DNA of 62,569 bases, filler included, from Nemertoderma westbladi (Eukaryota > Animalia > Xenacoelomorpha): the NCBI GenBank assembly GCA_032718475.1. It is 3 parts of 3 records of this genome, joined end to end, with 100 filler letters (N's around TTAATTAATTAA, not from the genome) between each part and the next. Parts side by side here need not be neighbours in the genome. Positions count along the whole stretch, not along the records: positions 1 to 19,908 come from JAUCBJ010002468.1; positions 20,009 to 46,280 come from JAUCBJ010007185.1; 1 more part is not named here. The stretch is one strand, 5' to 3'. The position numbers and the translations under genes are program-made. Below, piece by piece: positions 13,201-26,338 of this stretch. Each line of letters opens with the position of its first letter. The stretch's first letter is position 1. The notes under the pieces are model-generated. The model had not been told where the DNA came from and searched no databases. It saw only the letters and a list, made by a program, of their open reading frames with translations.

Positions 13201-13757
13201 GACACGGTTGCGAGTATGTTTGGGATTGGCAAAGCTAAAGTCATCAAGGCTTTGGAGAAAGGACTCACTCTTTCTTGTTTGGGAGAAATGGAAGCACCGC
13301 AATCTACAGTCTTAAAGGAATGTACCAACTTTATTTCTGACTGCTATGGATATGCCAACAGACAACATGAGCCAGTTAAGACAAAAGATGTGGACAGAAA
13401 AAACAATCACCAGCTGTGCAAAGCTGCAAACAATACCACCGACCACTGAATCCTTCACAGAGAACGTGAAAAGAGCCCATTTGCAAGTAATGGTGTGGAA
13501 GAACGAACACAATGGAAATTAGACCACCTAGTGTAGACCCCAGAGAATATGGGTGGATAATAGCCAACAATCAACTTTCCCCGATTGCAATACCTGAGGG
13601 CATACCACCAGCTCCGGAATGCATTTTGCAATTAATTCGGTGTAGCTGTTCTTCCAAAATCCCTTGTAAATCGCAGAAGTGCACCTGCAGAAAAAACCAA
13701 ACTGATTGCTCAGAGTTCTGCAATTGCAATAAAGATTCATGCGCAAACATTTCGTAA
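10275..13757 (+). pseudogene. Academ-type transposase, C-terminal half (XPG/PIN nuclease + Cys8 finger); exons ~10275-10703, 12027-12430, 12651-13757
   Basis: In-frame GT-AG splicing (RK|VTT, VFDR|YYD); motifs QTTFMR..K.KGG, YELSSVPLSMF, VVDASA, HEEAD, SDDTDVFVLL, HALSGCDT..FGIGK, PPT..RAHLQ..WK, YGW, CSC..C..CTC..C..C.C..C; two frameshifts (~13360, ~13510); 5' part missing. Confidence 0.75.
11031..11947 (+). mobile_element. 5'-truncated RTE LINE inside the transposase intron
   Basis: DLDFADD, FCYLGS, LLYGS..W, RLRFAGH; (TAG)n tail; 17-bp TSD atctaaatatccataac at 11014-11030 and 11948-11964. Confidence 0.93.
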
Positions 13758-15469
13758 TCTAATATTATATTATAATCAAACAATGAATAATATAAAATGC
13801 ATAGTCTCCATATTCGCCATGCATTAAATACATTTTATAAATTTAGCATTAAAAAAGTGTCATGCTTAAATAAACAAGCTGGAGACAAATGATTTATATA
13901 TACATTTTAAGGTAATAATTTCCTGTCAAGGTTTTAAATGCTTCAGATGTGATGTCCGCAATAAATTACTGTAGTTTCCATGAATACGGGTATTTGTTGC
14001 CAACCATACTTTTACACAAAATTGATGTGGTGCATAATATTTAGGGAAAAACATTATTAACAAAGTGCACAGACGAACAAAAAACAAATATATCATTAAG
14101 CATAGTACCGGTAGTTTTCATTTGGAAAGATACAGCGATAGTTGTAGTGCCTTCGTTACCATAGCAACACTTCAATAGTTTCTCTAAAATTTTCATATTT
14201 TCGATCAAAATTACAACCACTTCAAGCCTAACAGATAATCGCCATTCTGATTGCTAAGCTTTCAAAGAAATTTCTCATTACGATTTGTAGAAAAATTAGG
14301 GGGGGGGGGGGGGGGGGGCGTGTCACTGAATTACGACACTATATTCTGGGACATGGTGTAGTATAGTATCTACAGTATGCCCAAATTTTTTATTTTTATT
14401 TTTTAGATTAAAAGATTTCTGACATGTTGTTTGGCTTTGTATTATCAATTTTATTCTAGAATTATATATTTTTGTTGCTATGGTTAAATAAATAAAATAA
14501 ATTTCAATTTATTTCAATTTTAATTTATTTCTTATTGTAATGCTTATTTATTTCTTATTCTTATTGACAAATATATTTGAGGATTAAATTATATTTTTAA
14601 TTTTTTTACTAGCTAATAAAAAGTACTAGCTAACATAAAATCAATATTACTAGCTACCATATTTTTGTCAGATGGCCAAATATTTGTTCTAGAACAAGAA
14701 ACATCATAATAAAATACATTTTCACAAGAAAAAGTTGGTCAATTTAGTTTTAAATTTTTAAATTATGATCTTTTATCACTAGCTAATATAAAGTAGGCCC
14801 CGTCTAGCTAAAGCAATTACTGGCTACCATCTTACTGTCAGAGGGTAAAATATTTGTTCTAGAACTAGAACAAAAAACCTCCTGATATATTATTATAAAC
14901 CGATAATCACTAATAATTTTAAACATTTTTTTTTAATTTGGGCATAGATACTATACTAATGCCATTATCATAATAATAATAATAATAAGTATTTATAAAG
15001 AGCCAATACGCTGTGTTCTAGACGCTTACGGTTACAGTATATATACAAATGACCCGACGTACAATTAATTACACACAGTGTGTACACACATGAATATGAT
15101 AAAAAGAAAAATTGTTGTTAATAAAATCCATTAAAATCGAATGAGTTGAAATAAAAATCATTAGGTTTTTTTGTTTTAGAACATAAATGTCATCTTCTGT
15201 GAGACGTTAGCTATTGTATTTTTTTTGGGTAGCTACTGTTTTTAAAATGACAAAACCAAATTTTTGTGAAACTAATTTTGACCTAATTTTTTGACCATGT
15301 TAATTGGTATTATCATGATGTTTTTTGTTCTAGAAAGTAAATTTCACCTTCTGAGAGATGTTAGCTATTATTTTTTAACTATGGTTGCTAGTGTTTTTAA
15401 AGGTAGCTAGTGATCTTACGGCATGACCTACTATAGATAATAGTATAATCTATCGTAGGTCATGTTTAA

Positions 15470-16140
15470 GGGAACAGTTCCGTATGCAGTCGCATTTCTT
15501 AAATTTTTTTTATGAAATATATGGGCATATATTATGACTAATTTAGAACTAAATTACCATTGTTGAATTCCTCACAAATTTTTCAAAAAAATATTGTGTT
15601 CTAGTAAACAATATTAGCTAATTTCAGAACATTGGCTACCACTAATCAAAAATCAAGGTATATTTTTTATATTTCTCCTCCACACTAGCTACCATAAACA
15701 ATACTGTACAATATAAAACAACACAATACAGTATTTTTCCGAGGGATGTTCTAGAACAATAATAATATGTCAAACACTGCTTAAATATAGCTTGAACATT
15801 TTTTTCAAAATACTAGTTAGATTAAAAATACTAGCTACCGGTACCATAAAAAAACATTATATTTTTTTGATGCAGGATATGTTCTAGAACATTCAATGTT
15901 GATTGTATGTATAAAAATATAAAAAGAATGTTAATATTTATTAATAAATCATCATTAAAAAATTACTATTGTTCTAGCTATCTATCTATTCGATTAGCTA
16001 TTGTTCTAGAACACAATATTTTTTTGAAAAATGTCGCAATGAAGACAGTTGTGGTCATATTCCTATGCAAAAAGTACATCATTTCATTAATTAATAGCAA
16101 AATATCAAATGCGACAGCATACGGAACTGTTAGCCGATCT
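15470..16140. mobile_element. MITE with ~25-bp TIR (Kolobok-like)
   Basis: aacagttccgtatgcagtcgcattt (15473) vs aaatgcgacagcatacggaactgtt (ends 16131); TTAA close to both ends. Confidence 0.6.
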
Positions 16141-16217
16141 TAAAATTACAAAAGAAAATTTGTATTTCAATATATTTATCTTTAGTAAAAATAATATTTA
16201 CAATATACCTGGAATAA

Positions 16218-16680
16218 TACTACTACTACTAGGTCGAGCGAACTCGGACAGTGGAAAGGAGATCCTTCCAGGCTTCTCGATTCTCCATAGTTGTTACTTC
16301 GCCAGCAGTGCCCACTGAATCTTAATCTGCGTTCACGGAGGGTGGTTGATACAGGTGGTATTGTACCATAAAGCTCGGCGTTTGTCATGTGTTGTCTCCA
16401 GCTGATGTTTAGGGCTGCCCTTAGTAGTCTTGTGTAGCAACCATCAATTCGTTGTTCAAGTGATTTAGTCAGTTTCCAGTTCTAACCCCGGTATAAAAAT
16501 ACACTTTCCACTGTGGCTCGAAAGAACTTAGTCTTCAGGTGCCTGGAGAGATCTGATTTCCAGATGGTATCCATTTTTGATAGAGCTACCCAAGCCTTTG
16601 CTTTCCTAACTTCTATGTTATTTTTGTTACTCTCTATCCATGATACCGGTACAAGGTACTGGAATTTACCAACCTTCCTT
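16218..16680 (-). mobile_element. RTE LINE 3' fragment, second subfamily
   Basis: TNAELYG..PPVSTTLRERRLRFSGHCWRS; (TAG)n tail at 16218-16231. Confidence 0.8.
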
Positions 16681-17879
16681 ACTTACTTACTGGCAGAAGG
16701 TTAAATATTTGTTCTAGATCAAAAACCTCATGATAAAAGCCATTTTCATATGAAAAGAATTGGTCAAAAAGTGGGTACCCATAACATTTTGCCTCCTCAG
16801 TATCTGTATATATTTCGCTTTCTTCCAATCCTGCTAAATTGTCGTCAGTTTTATTTACAGGTCCAATCATACACTCCAACGCTTCACTGCTTCCCATCGC
16901 TACAGCCAACAGGGCTATCAACCAGAAGTTGTTATGCATTGCGTATTTCAGTATTAACCATAGATCAAAATTATAAAATAAGAATAACGGCTTTATTCTA
17001 GCCTATAGCTAAGAGATGCTATGGTAACAGTTTTTAACTTAAATAAAAAAAACTGCAGAATTATAGTAAACAAGTAAAGCCAGTGTTTAATTATAATTAT
17101 AAGCCTAATTAATCACCGGTACCGCTTAGGCCTGAAGCACAGCTGGCATTAAGTTGGTCTTATTATAAAATTGTTTGAGGAAAAAATTAGATTGCTAAAG
17201 CTGCGCTACCGGCATCCATTTACTCAAACTGCAAATCGAAAGATTTAACGGAGATTCTATCTTAACAGCAGTCTGTATCTGTGTATGTTTAAACTGGTAA
17301 CGTAATTGATGGTATAAAGTCTGAATTTAACTATAGCTGTGACGAACAGGTACCGGTATCACAAACTGAAAGTAAAGGTTACCGGTAGCTGCTACTGCAA
17401 GGGATAGGCCTGCCGTAGTTAATGTTACTGCGACCCATTGACATTCTCAATATTGAAAATTCTCGAATACATAATAGTACCTAAGGGTAGAAATATAAGA
17501 TTAATGTGGGGCGAGCCACGAAGTTGAAGGAACCTTAGCGAACTGACACTGTCAGGGTGTGGGTCAATAATGGCAAATAGTTGCTTTCGTCGTCTGCATT
17601 AGGGCCTACCGCTTTGACACTCTGATATGTTGTCGGATTTAAAGCTGTCGAGTTGAAAATTTCTAGACATAAATAAGACCAAAAGTTGAAATTTTTTAGA
17701 AACTTTAGAGACCATTTAAAATACCATGATTTATAGCAGTTTACATAATCTAAAATTTGGCCGTCTAGTGGGCCCACAATTTTTAGAGTGCTATTTTTTT
17801 ATTAGATTTTTAGTTATTTTTTTTCTCTATATATTTTCTTTAAGCCAGTAACCCCCCCCCCCCCCCCCCCCCCCATCCA

Positions 17880-18275
17880 TGACTGTCAACCTATATCCTG
17901 CGATTGTTATAAATTGCCCTTTGTGTGCCATTTATTATCATCTGAATGTGGCACGCATTTAGCCTTGGCTGATGTTCAGGGTTCCTCTATCTCCTACGAT
18001 GTTTACTGTTTTCACTGTAACGCCGATATTTTTCCCTTCTATGGCATCGACTCTACTGAAATTGATATTTTTGAACCTATATCCAAAGACGAACCTATTA
18101 GTCCTGATATTTTTTAAATCAAACATTTAGTCAACTGGATCCTGATAACAACGTTACTATTTTAAATGTCGACCGTGCAGCGGTATCTACACTGAAGCAA
18201 AATTTAACACAGAATTTCCAGAACTAGGAAACTCCTCCCTCAAAATTTTCCATCAAAATTCTCGCAGTTTGCTAA
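17880..18275 (+). mobile_element. CR1/L2-group LINE ORF2 N-terminal fragment
   Basis: YCFHCNADIFPF, LDPDNN and IFHQNSRSL (start of APE endonuclease) across frames. Confidence 0.55.
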
Positions 18276-18990
18276 AATTTATATCTTATATAACAGACCT
18301 TCTTTTAATCCCGAATCAAAATTGTATTTTATTATTAAAATGTTATTATTTAAATTATATTTTAATTTTTATGTGAAGATGACCGACCTACTTAGTGAAA
18401 TAGAAATTCCGGGCTATAAATTGCCTTTTTTTAGATAACCGAACATCTGGGGTTCTCGAACGGGTATTGGTGAAAAATATCGAGAGTAAAAATATTGAGA
18501 GTAAAAATATCGCAAGATGAAAAATATCGAACACATCGAGAGTAAAAATATTGCGAGTAAAAATATTGTGAGCATGTTATTTATTATTATTATTAATATT
18601 GCAGTGCATGGGGTACAACAGTGCAAGCGCAAATAAATGGCATTAATACACCTTGTATACCTATTGACCATATTTTGAATACTAGCTAGTTTTTCCTATT
18701 TTTTTATAAATATTATAGAAGCATGGCCTACTATATATACGGTCTAACATGTTGTCGATTTGGCCTTAAAAAAAGAGGCCAGTTATTTTTTTACACTATT
18801 TTTATATTTTGATATGGGGAGAGTTCTATACATTTTCATTTGCTGCAATTTGGTCAACGGTCGTAATTGAAGACTCCTCGTTAAGCAAGATACTAAATTT
18901 TATGGTAGCTAGTGTTTTAGATAGGTTTAGCTAGTAATTTCAACACTGATTCCGACATCCTACTTCCCTCTATAAATATTTTGTAGAACA

Positions 18991-19189
18991 TTTTTTAGAA
19001 AAAAATCTAGATTCTATTTAACACGCATGGAATCGTTTTAAAACGTGTTTAAAATCAATAAAAAAAAACTTTTTTTTCAAAAAATTTTATTCACAATATA
19101 TTTTTTTCACAATTTTTTTTATTGATTTTAAACACGTTTTAAAACGATTCCATGCGTTTTAAATAGAATCTAGATTTTTTTCTAAAAAA
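18991..19189. repeat. Near-perfect inverted repeat, ~77-bp arms
   Basis: tttttagaaaaaaatctagattctatttaacacgcatggaatcgttttaaaacgtg... mirrored at ~19113-19189. Confidence 0.9.
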
Positions 19190-19615
19190 TAATAAAGGAA
19201 GGATGAAATGATCTTTAGGTGCCGCTGTAATTATATTATAAATGCCAAATATTTCAACCCAAAATTGTAAATGTGGACAATTACAATTAAACAGGCCTTC
19301 TTCAGTGGCTCTGGTACCTAATGTACCTAACTACAGAAACTCTACAACACGACCGGACCGAGCAACAGCAGAACAAATAGTACCGGTATCGTATGAAGTA
19401 CTGCACATACAGTATATGTTATGTCAGAACCAATTACTAATTACAAAGCTAGTGGACGTGTTATTAAATGCTAACTACTGTATAAATATCAAAGATCAAC
19501 CGGGGTTGCTAGCTAGAATTTTGTGTACGTGTATTGGAAAATAAAAGAAATGCTAACTACTGTATAAATATATGAAGGAATTGCTAACTACTGTATAAAT
19601 TGCACCAAGTTTAGT

Positions 19616-19907
19616 TTACCATCCTTTGTCGTGGGGCCTACTGTACTGGCGATTAAGTGTAGGTTTTTCCCGTCTGATTAGATATTTTTCCCTGATTTTC
19701 CGGTCCGCCCAGTCCCTGCATCTATATCTTAAAACAATTCTGAAAGGTCCCTGGTAGTTCTTGCACCCTGGATGTTTATCTAGGAAGTGTTCCCCTATCG
19801 CCTCCTTCCGGTTGCCATTCCGTACTGAGTTGCGGTGTTTCATCATGCGGTCCCTAATCCGCCCCATGCTCTCCCCTATGTAATTTTCCTTAATTCCTCT
19901 ACTCTCA
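19616..19907 (-). mobile_element. Penelope-like element, GIY-YIG endonuclease end
   Basis: NYIGES...R..KH...AIGEHF...RKIREKYLI...PTLNR; runs into the gap. Confidence 0.8.
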
Positions 19908-19908
19908 C

Positions 19909-20008
19909 NNNNNNNNNNNNNNNNNNNNNNNNNNNNNNNNNNNNNNNNNNNNTTAATTAATTAANNNNNNNNNNNNNNNNNNNNNNNNNNNNNNNNNNNN
20001 NNNNNNNN
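19909..20008. other. Assembly gap with TTAATTAATTAA filler
   Basis: N runs around a six-frame stop linker. Confidence 0.95.
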
Positions 20009-22332
20009 CATAAACTGAAATTCGAATGCGAAATTTCTATTCGAAATCGGCTCGAAAGAAAAGACATTAAAGAAACAAATAAACGCGGTAACTCCAACAT
20101 ATATTTGGAATTCTTGATAGAATCATTGTAACCACAAATAAATATCATCCGCGTTTCCCCTACCAGACGTGCGTCTTGGGTATTATTACGGTAAATGCCC
20201 TAGACCCAGCCAATAAACGGAAAGACATAAACATCCACGGAAACGTTGTGTTAAATACAGTTGTGTTCGTTATATTTACTGGAGTTTCGAGCGAAACTTG
20301 TTTGACGTATCACCTATGCTCACTCGGCTCTAACGATCCTAGAGTAAACCTACGATCAGAGTCCCGGAATACTCGGTCAAACCTCCTCATTCCTTAGTTG
20401 GACCTCAGACCTGCGATCCTGGTGGTGTCGCGGATCCTCGCGGACTGTATTCACTGTTCAAAGATCTAGTGCTACCCTAACAATTAATCGGTAACACTCC
20501 GACAGTGATTTCTAGCTAGCCGCCCATCTTACCTAGCCGGATTGTGACGCGGACACCTAATATCACTATCCAACCGTATGGTCGTCCCCGTTTAACGCGA
20601 TACAACCCCTCATCAAGGTAAAGGAGAGCGTTGTACGAAACGAGTTAAACGCTATTCTATAAAGATCAAAAAAGAAACCTGCGTTTGTTCAGATAAACGT
20701 AAGTTATAACAGTAAGTCCAATCGATAAACGAATTGGCCTTATCTCAATTCGATTGGGAAATCCAGAATCTCTAAGAAGTTATCGAACTTGGACGATCCT
20801 ATTCTCTGCGAGAGTTTTGGATGAACGTATCCAGCTACGAGCGGAGGAAAATCAGCTCGAGGAGAAGCATATCGAAACGGCAGATACCTCGACCATAAAC
20901 CTACACCTTCTGATGCAATCATATTGCACCCTTCACCCAGGAGTTATGGCCCTCCTAGTAAAGTGGCTCCCCCCAAAGAGAAAAAGACTCTTGCTAGCCT
21001 CAAAAAACTGCGTAAACGCCGTCTGCGTAAGAAAGACTAACTGTTTAGAGTATCTTTATATTTTAGAAACTGTGATTTTGTATATTTTATAGACTTAAAT
21101 CCCATTTTCTGGGAGCGGTGTAAAAGCTTTTGCTGAATTGTCCGGTTATTTTTCCTTATTTTTCCCGTAAAATACTCTGTAGTTGGTTTACCAGGCATAA
21201 AAAGGCCGTGTCCTTGCTGTACTGGTGTTTTAGCGGACATAAAAGCTATTTCTTCTGTATTTGTACTTTAGAGGACATAATCCGTAATTCCGTGACGTAA
21301 AAGCTCGATACTCTTGAAAACAGTGTCGCTACCATGACGACAGCTAACAGCTGATATTGCCACGTCGACGTTTCTTTGTTTCTCTGTTCTCTCGTTGTTC
21401 AGGTTGACCAATCAGAGCGTTTGTTGTCTTTGTGTTGGAGGTATATACAGAAACTCATTAGTTCAGTGTTATGTTTTTGCCCAGAGCCTAAGAACCGGCT
21501 TTGGCACCTCCGTGTTTTCAGTTTTTAGTCTTACACTAGTAGGTTTAATTATAAAGGGCATATATCCTTTAACTGACCTGACTCATGGAATCACTGCTGA
21601 CTGATCATACATGCTGACTGCTGAAACATTGCAAACTCATAACAATCAGTGTTTTCATTGTTGTTTTATACTGCTATTTACTGTCAGTTCTTCATAACAT
21701 GGTTGATGAATTATTATATTTGGAATAACGATAAATAACCCCGAAACCCAATATTCTTGATATACCGAAAGTAAGAGAGAAGGGTTACAGATAAATGATT
21801 GTGACTTATGTTAAAGTGGTTTGAAGTGAATCTAATGTTATTTGATAGACCCTACATGAGTCAGTCTGTGTTCCTTTTATATGTGACTAAAATCAGTGAA
21901 GATTGGCAAATTAGTGTGCAGTATTGTGCAGCATTGTGTATGAGTGAGTCTGTTAAAGAAGCAATTCCTAAAGAATGCGCCATATATGTGAATTATAATT
22001 AAGCCATATCGTTGTGAGTAGTTTAAGTCATAACTCTGTTTATATAGATAAAGCGCCACGTCCTAAAGGAACTGTTAATATTCCCGAAGGTGAATAATAT
22101 TGTCAGAGATTATATAATACTGTCAGTCGAATAATACATTAGGCTTACATAGCAATAAAATTAAACCGTCGAACCCAATCTCCCGGGAATATCCAGCGGG
22201 TGAATGATCGCGCACAGATTGGTTTCGACTAGTGTAGTGAATCAAATACTTGTCATAGACTAAAAACCGATTTAATATCTAGCAGACATCTTAATTTGGT
22301 GGGTTAAACTGCCAAAGGTCTGAAAGCGCGAA

Positions 22333-24251
22333 CAAGTACAATGCACACATCTCAAACCAGACACTACAGTATATAACATTGGAGGTGTCTCATTGGTTCC
22401 CCCAAGCTTGACACTAGAACAAAATCGCCTCCGCTATTGCAGGCCATTGCTTTCGCCGTGAGGACCAGCCAGTGCATAATCTTGTACTTTGGCAGCCTTA
22501 TGGAGTGAATAAGCATGGTGGACAGCCCATGACTTTCTTGAGACGCATCTTAACCCTATTAGTACCGGGGTATAAAATGTTGTACAAATACCGGGGGGGG
22601 GGTCATATTGACCCCCCCCTCTAAAATCTACAAATATTAACGAAAACGTCTGATTTTTTGTTTGTACGTAGGTATCACTTGTCTGGATCCGACCGAAAAA
22701 AAAAATTTTCGAAAAAATGTACTGGGGTGGTTATATTGCAGCACCAAAATTACAAGTAGTGCACAATTTTCACCAAATTTGAAAGTTACATTTTCGGCTA
22801 ATTATTTTTCAATACAGGTTTTCTGGGGTGCAAAATACATTGGAAAATATTAAAAAATGATATGATTACTATAAATGGCTGTTTAATCCTCTCTGCGTAG
22901 GAAAAAAATGAAAAAAACAAGTAACCAGCACTTTTCAGTTAGAACACAAAATTTTTAATTCACTTATACGATGCTATAAATTCACATTTTCAGGTTTTCG
23001 AGGGCGCTGATTCTAATGGAATACATTTCTAATATGCCAGATCAATGGTACTTGTATTTTTCGGCGTAATTTGGCAAATTTTGGTGCTAGCACCAAATTT
23101 CGTACCCATCACCAAAAAGTACAAGTTTGCGATGTCCAGTGCTGTTTTTATTGATTCCATCGGATTCAGGACCCTCATAAACCTGTATAACGCAAGAAAC
23201 ACGGTGATACTATCTACTTATCAATTTGCATATTTTCCAAAATTTGGTGCTGGCACTACAATTTTCACCCACCGGCGAAAAATACAAGTTTGAGAACTCT
23301 TATGACATTTTTACTGATTCCATTGAATTCAGAACCATTACAAACCCGTATAACGCAAGAAACAAGGTGACACAATGAATGGATATATTTGATGGTTTTC
23401 AAAATTTGGTGCTAGCACCACATTTTGCACCCACATCCGAAAAATACAAGTTTGAGATGTCTAGTTCGATAATTATATTTTCCATTGAATTCAGAACAGC
23501 CATAAACCTCTAAAACGCAAGAAATAAATTGTCACAAGCAATTTTATCTATTGAATGGATTTTCAAAATTTCGTGCTAGCACCAAAATTTGCACACAGCA
23601 CCGAAAAATACAAGTTTGATACGCTTGGTGCAACTCGTATATATTTCATCGTATCCAGAAACCCAAAAAACCCCAATTGCGTAAAAAACAAGTTTCAAAC
23701 GATCCATTTACAAAATTGACTTATTTCAAAATTTGGTGCTGGCACCAAAATTTGGTACCCACCGAAAAAAACAAGTTTGAAATTTCTAAATCAATTTATA
23801 TGAATTCCATCAAATTTCTAACACCAAAAAACCGGTGTAAATCAAAAATAGAGATGTTACAATTAATATTTAATGAAATGTAATTTTCAAAAAACGTCTC
23901 AAAAAAAGTGCCAAAAGTAGGGTTAAAAAATGGTGCTATAACTCGAAAAGTACCCAATATTTTTAAAAACGGTTTTCACTACTAGGAAGACAATAGATTT
24001 TTAGGAAAAGTCATAAAATTTCAGATTCCCAACTGCGTTTGTTTAAGAATTATAATTAAAAAACCACGGGAGGGGTCATATTGACCCCCCCCCGGGTTTA
24101 ATAGGGTTAAAGGACACTGGAATTGAAGATGCGGATGATCTAGCAAATGTCATGGGTGATAGGGAGTTGTGGCGGCGCAATTTTGTCGACAAGCCGGCAC
24201 AGCAGTCTTAAAAATGCAGCTGCAATGCAGCATGCCGATCCTAGTAGTAGT
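22333..24251 (+). mobile_element. RTE 3' fragment (same family as 11031), interrupted by a piggyBac-like element
   Basis: Matches 11589-11947 on both sides of the insert; (TAG)n tail. Confidence 0.9.
22554..24106. mobile_element. Non-autonomous piggyBac-like element
   Basis: CCCTATTA...TAATAGGG termini, TTAA TSD (22550-22553, 24107-24110), palindromic gggggtcatattgacccccc subterminal motif, five ~163-bp internal tandem units. Confidence 0.9.
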
Positions 24252-24719
24252 AATTACACAAACCAATATTGGATATTTAGTTCCGTTTTGGAGTTCGCCT
24301 TGTAGACACTAACTCTGCAATAACTTTTGAATGTTTGAATGAATTTTTCTCAAATTACGTGCAAACCTTTTCTACATCGATTCTGTTTCAACAAATGTAA
24401 TACTTAAGTAATATTTAAGAAATCCACCAAAAATATTTTATTTGACTTTTTTCGCCGAGAAAAATAGAAAAATCAATTGAATCCTATTGTTTATTTCTTT
24501 CCCTAAGGAAAAAGCATTTCTATTTCTCTCGATTTTGAGGTATGTTTGAGTGAAAAAGCAACAATTTAAGAATAAAACTTTTTATTGAATTTCAACAACA
24601 TAAGCTCCGGATTGGCTCCGGATTAAATTGCCCGGAGCCAGAACCAGAGCCGGAGCCAGAAAATTGGCCCAGAGAGCGCCGGATTTCCGGAGCCGGAGGC
24701 GGAGACCTGTTGCATCCCC

Positions 24720-25381
24720 AATGGATACATATGTTCAGCATACTTTCATATGGGATTCCTGATGAATTTATTGCAGCAATCTGATCAGTAAGTATACTCT
24801 ATGATGTTTCGATAACATTTGTGTTTACTGTACATGGTACACAGATCCATTCAAAGTATGGGGGGAGTCCTCCAGGGTGTTATACCTGCACCATTCTTAT
24901 TTATAATTGTGGTTGACTACGTTCTACACATGTCCTTAGATCATCATAATGTGATGGGGTGATGGAAACTCCACCTACTGGCTCCAGAAGTCTAGGAAAT
25001 CCAGTCAAGCTCCTAACTGATGACTTATGAACTTTGTTGATGACTTATGAGTAGGCCTACTCTCAGGATCACAAGAGGGAGCCTCAGCTCATTAGAACGG
25101 GACGTTTCTAGTGTTTTTGTTAACTCCAAGAAAACCAAAATTAACTTCGAAATTCCTCTCAGGAAATGTCTGATCGAATAAGGAAATGTGCCAGGAAATG
25201 TCTCGCTCAAAGAATGTGGACGACTTATGTTACCTGGGATCGCGGATCCGGAAGTGGTCAGAATCGTGGAAAGCATTGAATGGGCTTTCCAACATTTGGA
25301 AGTCACGCAGAATACGTCGGAAACTTAAGGTCCGATTATTTAGAGCAGTAGTAGTTCCAGTACTCCTCTATGGGAGTCCAG
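24720..25381 (+). mobile_element. Older decayed RTE fragment of the same family
   Basis: YLGS..RK, RKLKVRLFRAVVVPVLLYGSP; colinear with the 49305-50995 copy, many indels. Confidence 0.85.
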
Positions 25382-26338
25382 AACCGTGGACGATCGGCTA
25401 TGACATACGGATAAGCGTACGGGAACCATATCTAATCCATATCATATCGGAACCGTATCTAATCTTAGTGAAATATCTATCAATTTATTTCTTCTCTTTC
25501 AGCTGTTTATTTTACTGTTAGTTACTGTTACTCGTGCTAATGGAACAGTAACGTACTGTATTTAAGTTCAGTCAAGGAGTGGGATAAACCATGAGGGAGA
25601 AAATTTATATACTTTCAAAATGACGCTGAAAAACGCAAAGTTACAGTAGGCCCTATATGGTACAGGTACACATTAAAGTATATTATATAGACGAGGATGG
25701 TTTTAAGAAGGCATTAATTACAGTAGTATTGGAGAGGAAATTGTGGATGTTACTACAGTATATATATTATATATAAATATATACAGTATATATATATGGA
25801 ATATTGATTATATAAGTGAATGTGCATCACAAGGAAGAAAATGCGGAACGTTTTTTATAACAATGTTGAGATTCTTCACACAATAAATTGACCTTTTTAA
25901 ACAATAATGCAGTACTTTGATAAAGCTAATGAATTTACATTTACCGATCAGTATGAGTACTCTATATAACAGATACAGTAGCTACACCTCTGTATAGTAA
26001 TTAAATAATGTAGGAAAATTCTTTATTAGTAAAACATTTCGCCCCCTAGAAATTTTCTGTGGGGGCAATTCCCCCCCTGCCCCCCCCCCCCCCCTTCCCG
26101 TACGCCTATGGACATATACACCTATACTTGAAGAGCTGAACTTGTTAGAAACGAAATTGCAACAACCATGGAGAACCGGGAAATCTGCAAGGGCTTCTCT
26201 TCCAAGGTTTTAGCTCCCCCGACCTATAGTAGTACTGAAAGTACTACAGTTAGTATTAATTGTATACTGTACAGTATTAGTAGGCCTACAAAGTAGTTTA
26301 GTACTTTCTTTCATACAATAATCAGAAATTAAACCAAC

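Larger units (their letters stand above)
8905..16783. mobile_element. TIR-bounded composite block containing an Academ-like transposase
   Basis: Perfect 18-bp inverted repeat gtacccactttttgacca at 8911-8928 and 16761-16778, TA termini; the flanks are the two halves of one Ly6 exon. No clean TSD. Confidence 0.7.
3815..16939 (-). pseudogene. Ly6/uPAR paralogue 2; exon 1 split (16939-16784 + 8904-8861), exon 2 4186-3815
   Basis: MHNNFWLIALLAVAMGSSEA-LECMIG...EEAKC / NNIVMPIKDPCVEC|gttagt (same donor context as paralogue 1); exon 2 open for 124 codons: YTVTWKGRDDIFKNC...CCNTNLCN, (DKQN[A/T])x6, hydrophobic tail. Confidence 0.78.

Noticed and set aside
10239-13757. Host FEN1/XPG or tesmin gene
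   Set aside because: Truncated, frameshifted, enclosed by TIRs, and motif order matches a transposon protein.
16679-16783. C-terminal part of the 86-aa ORF (YGYPLFDQFF...)
   Set aside because: Read-through into the transposon TIR, not Ly6 sequence.
19953-19964. TTAATTAATTAA palindrome between N runs (also ~46325)
   Set aside because: Artificial scaffold linker.
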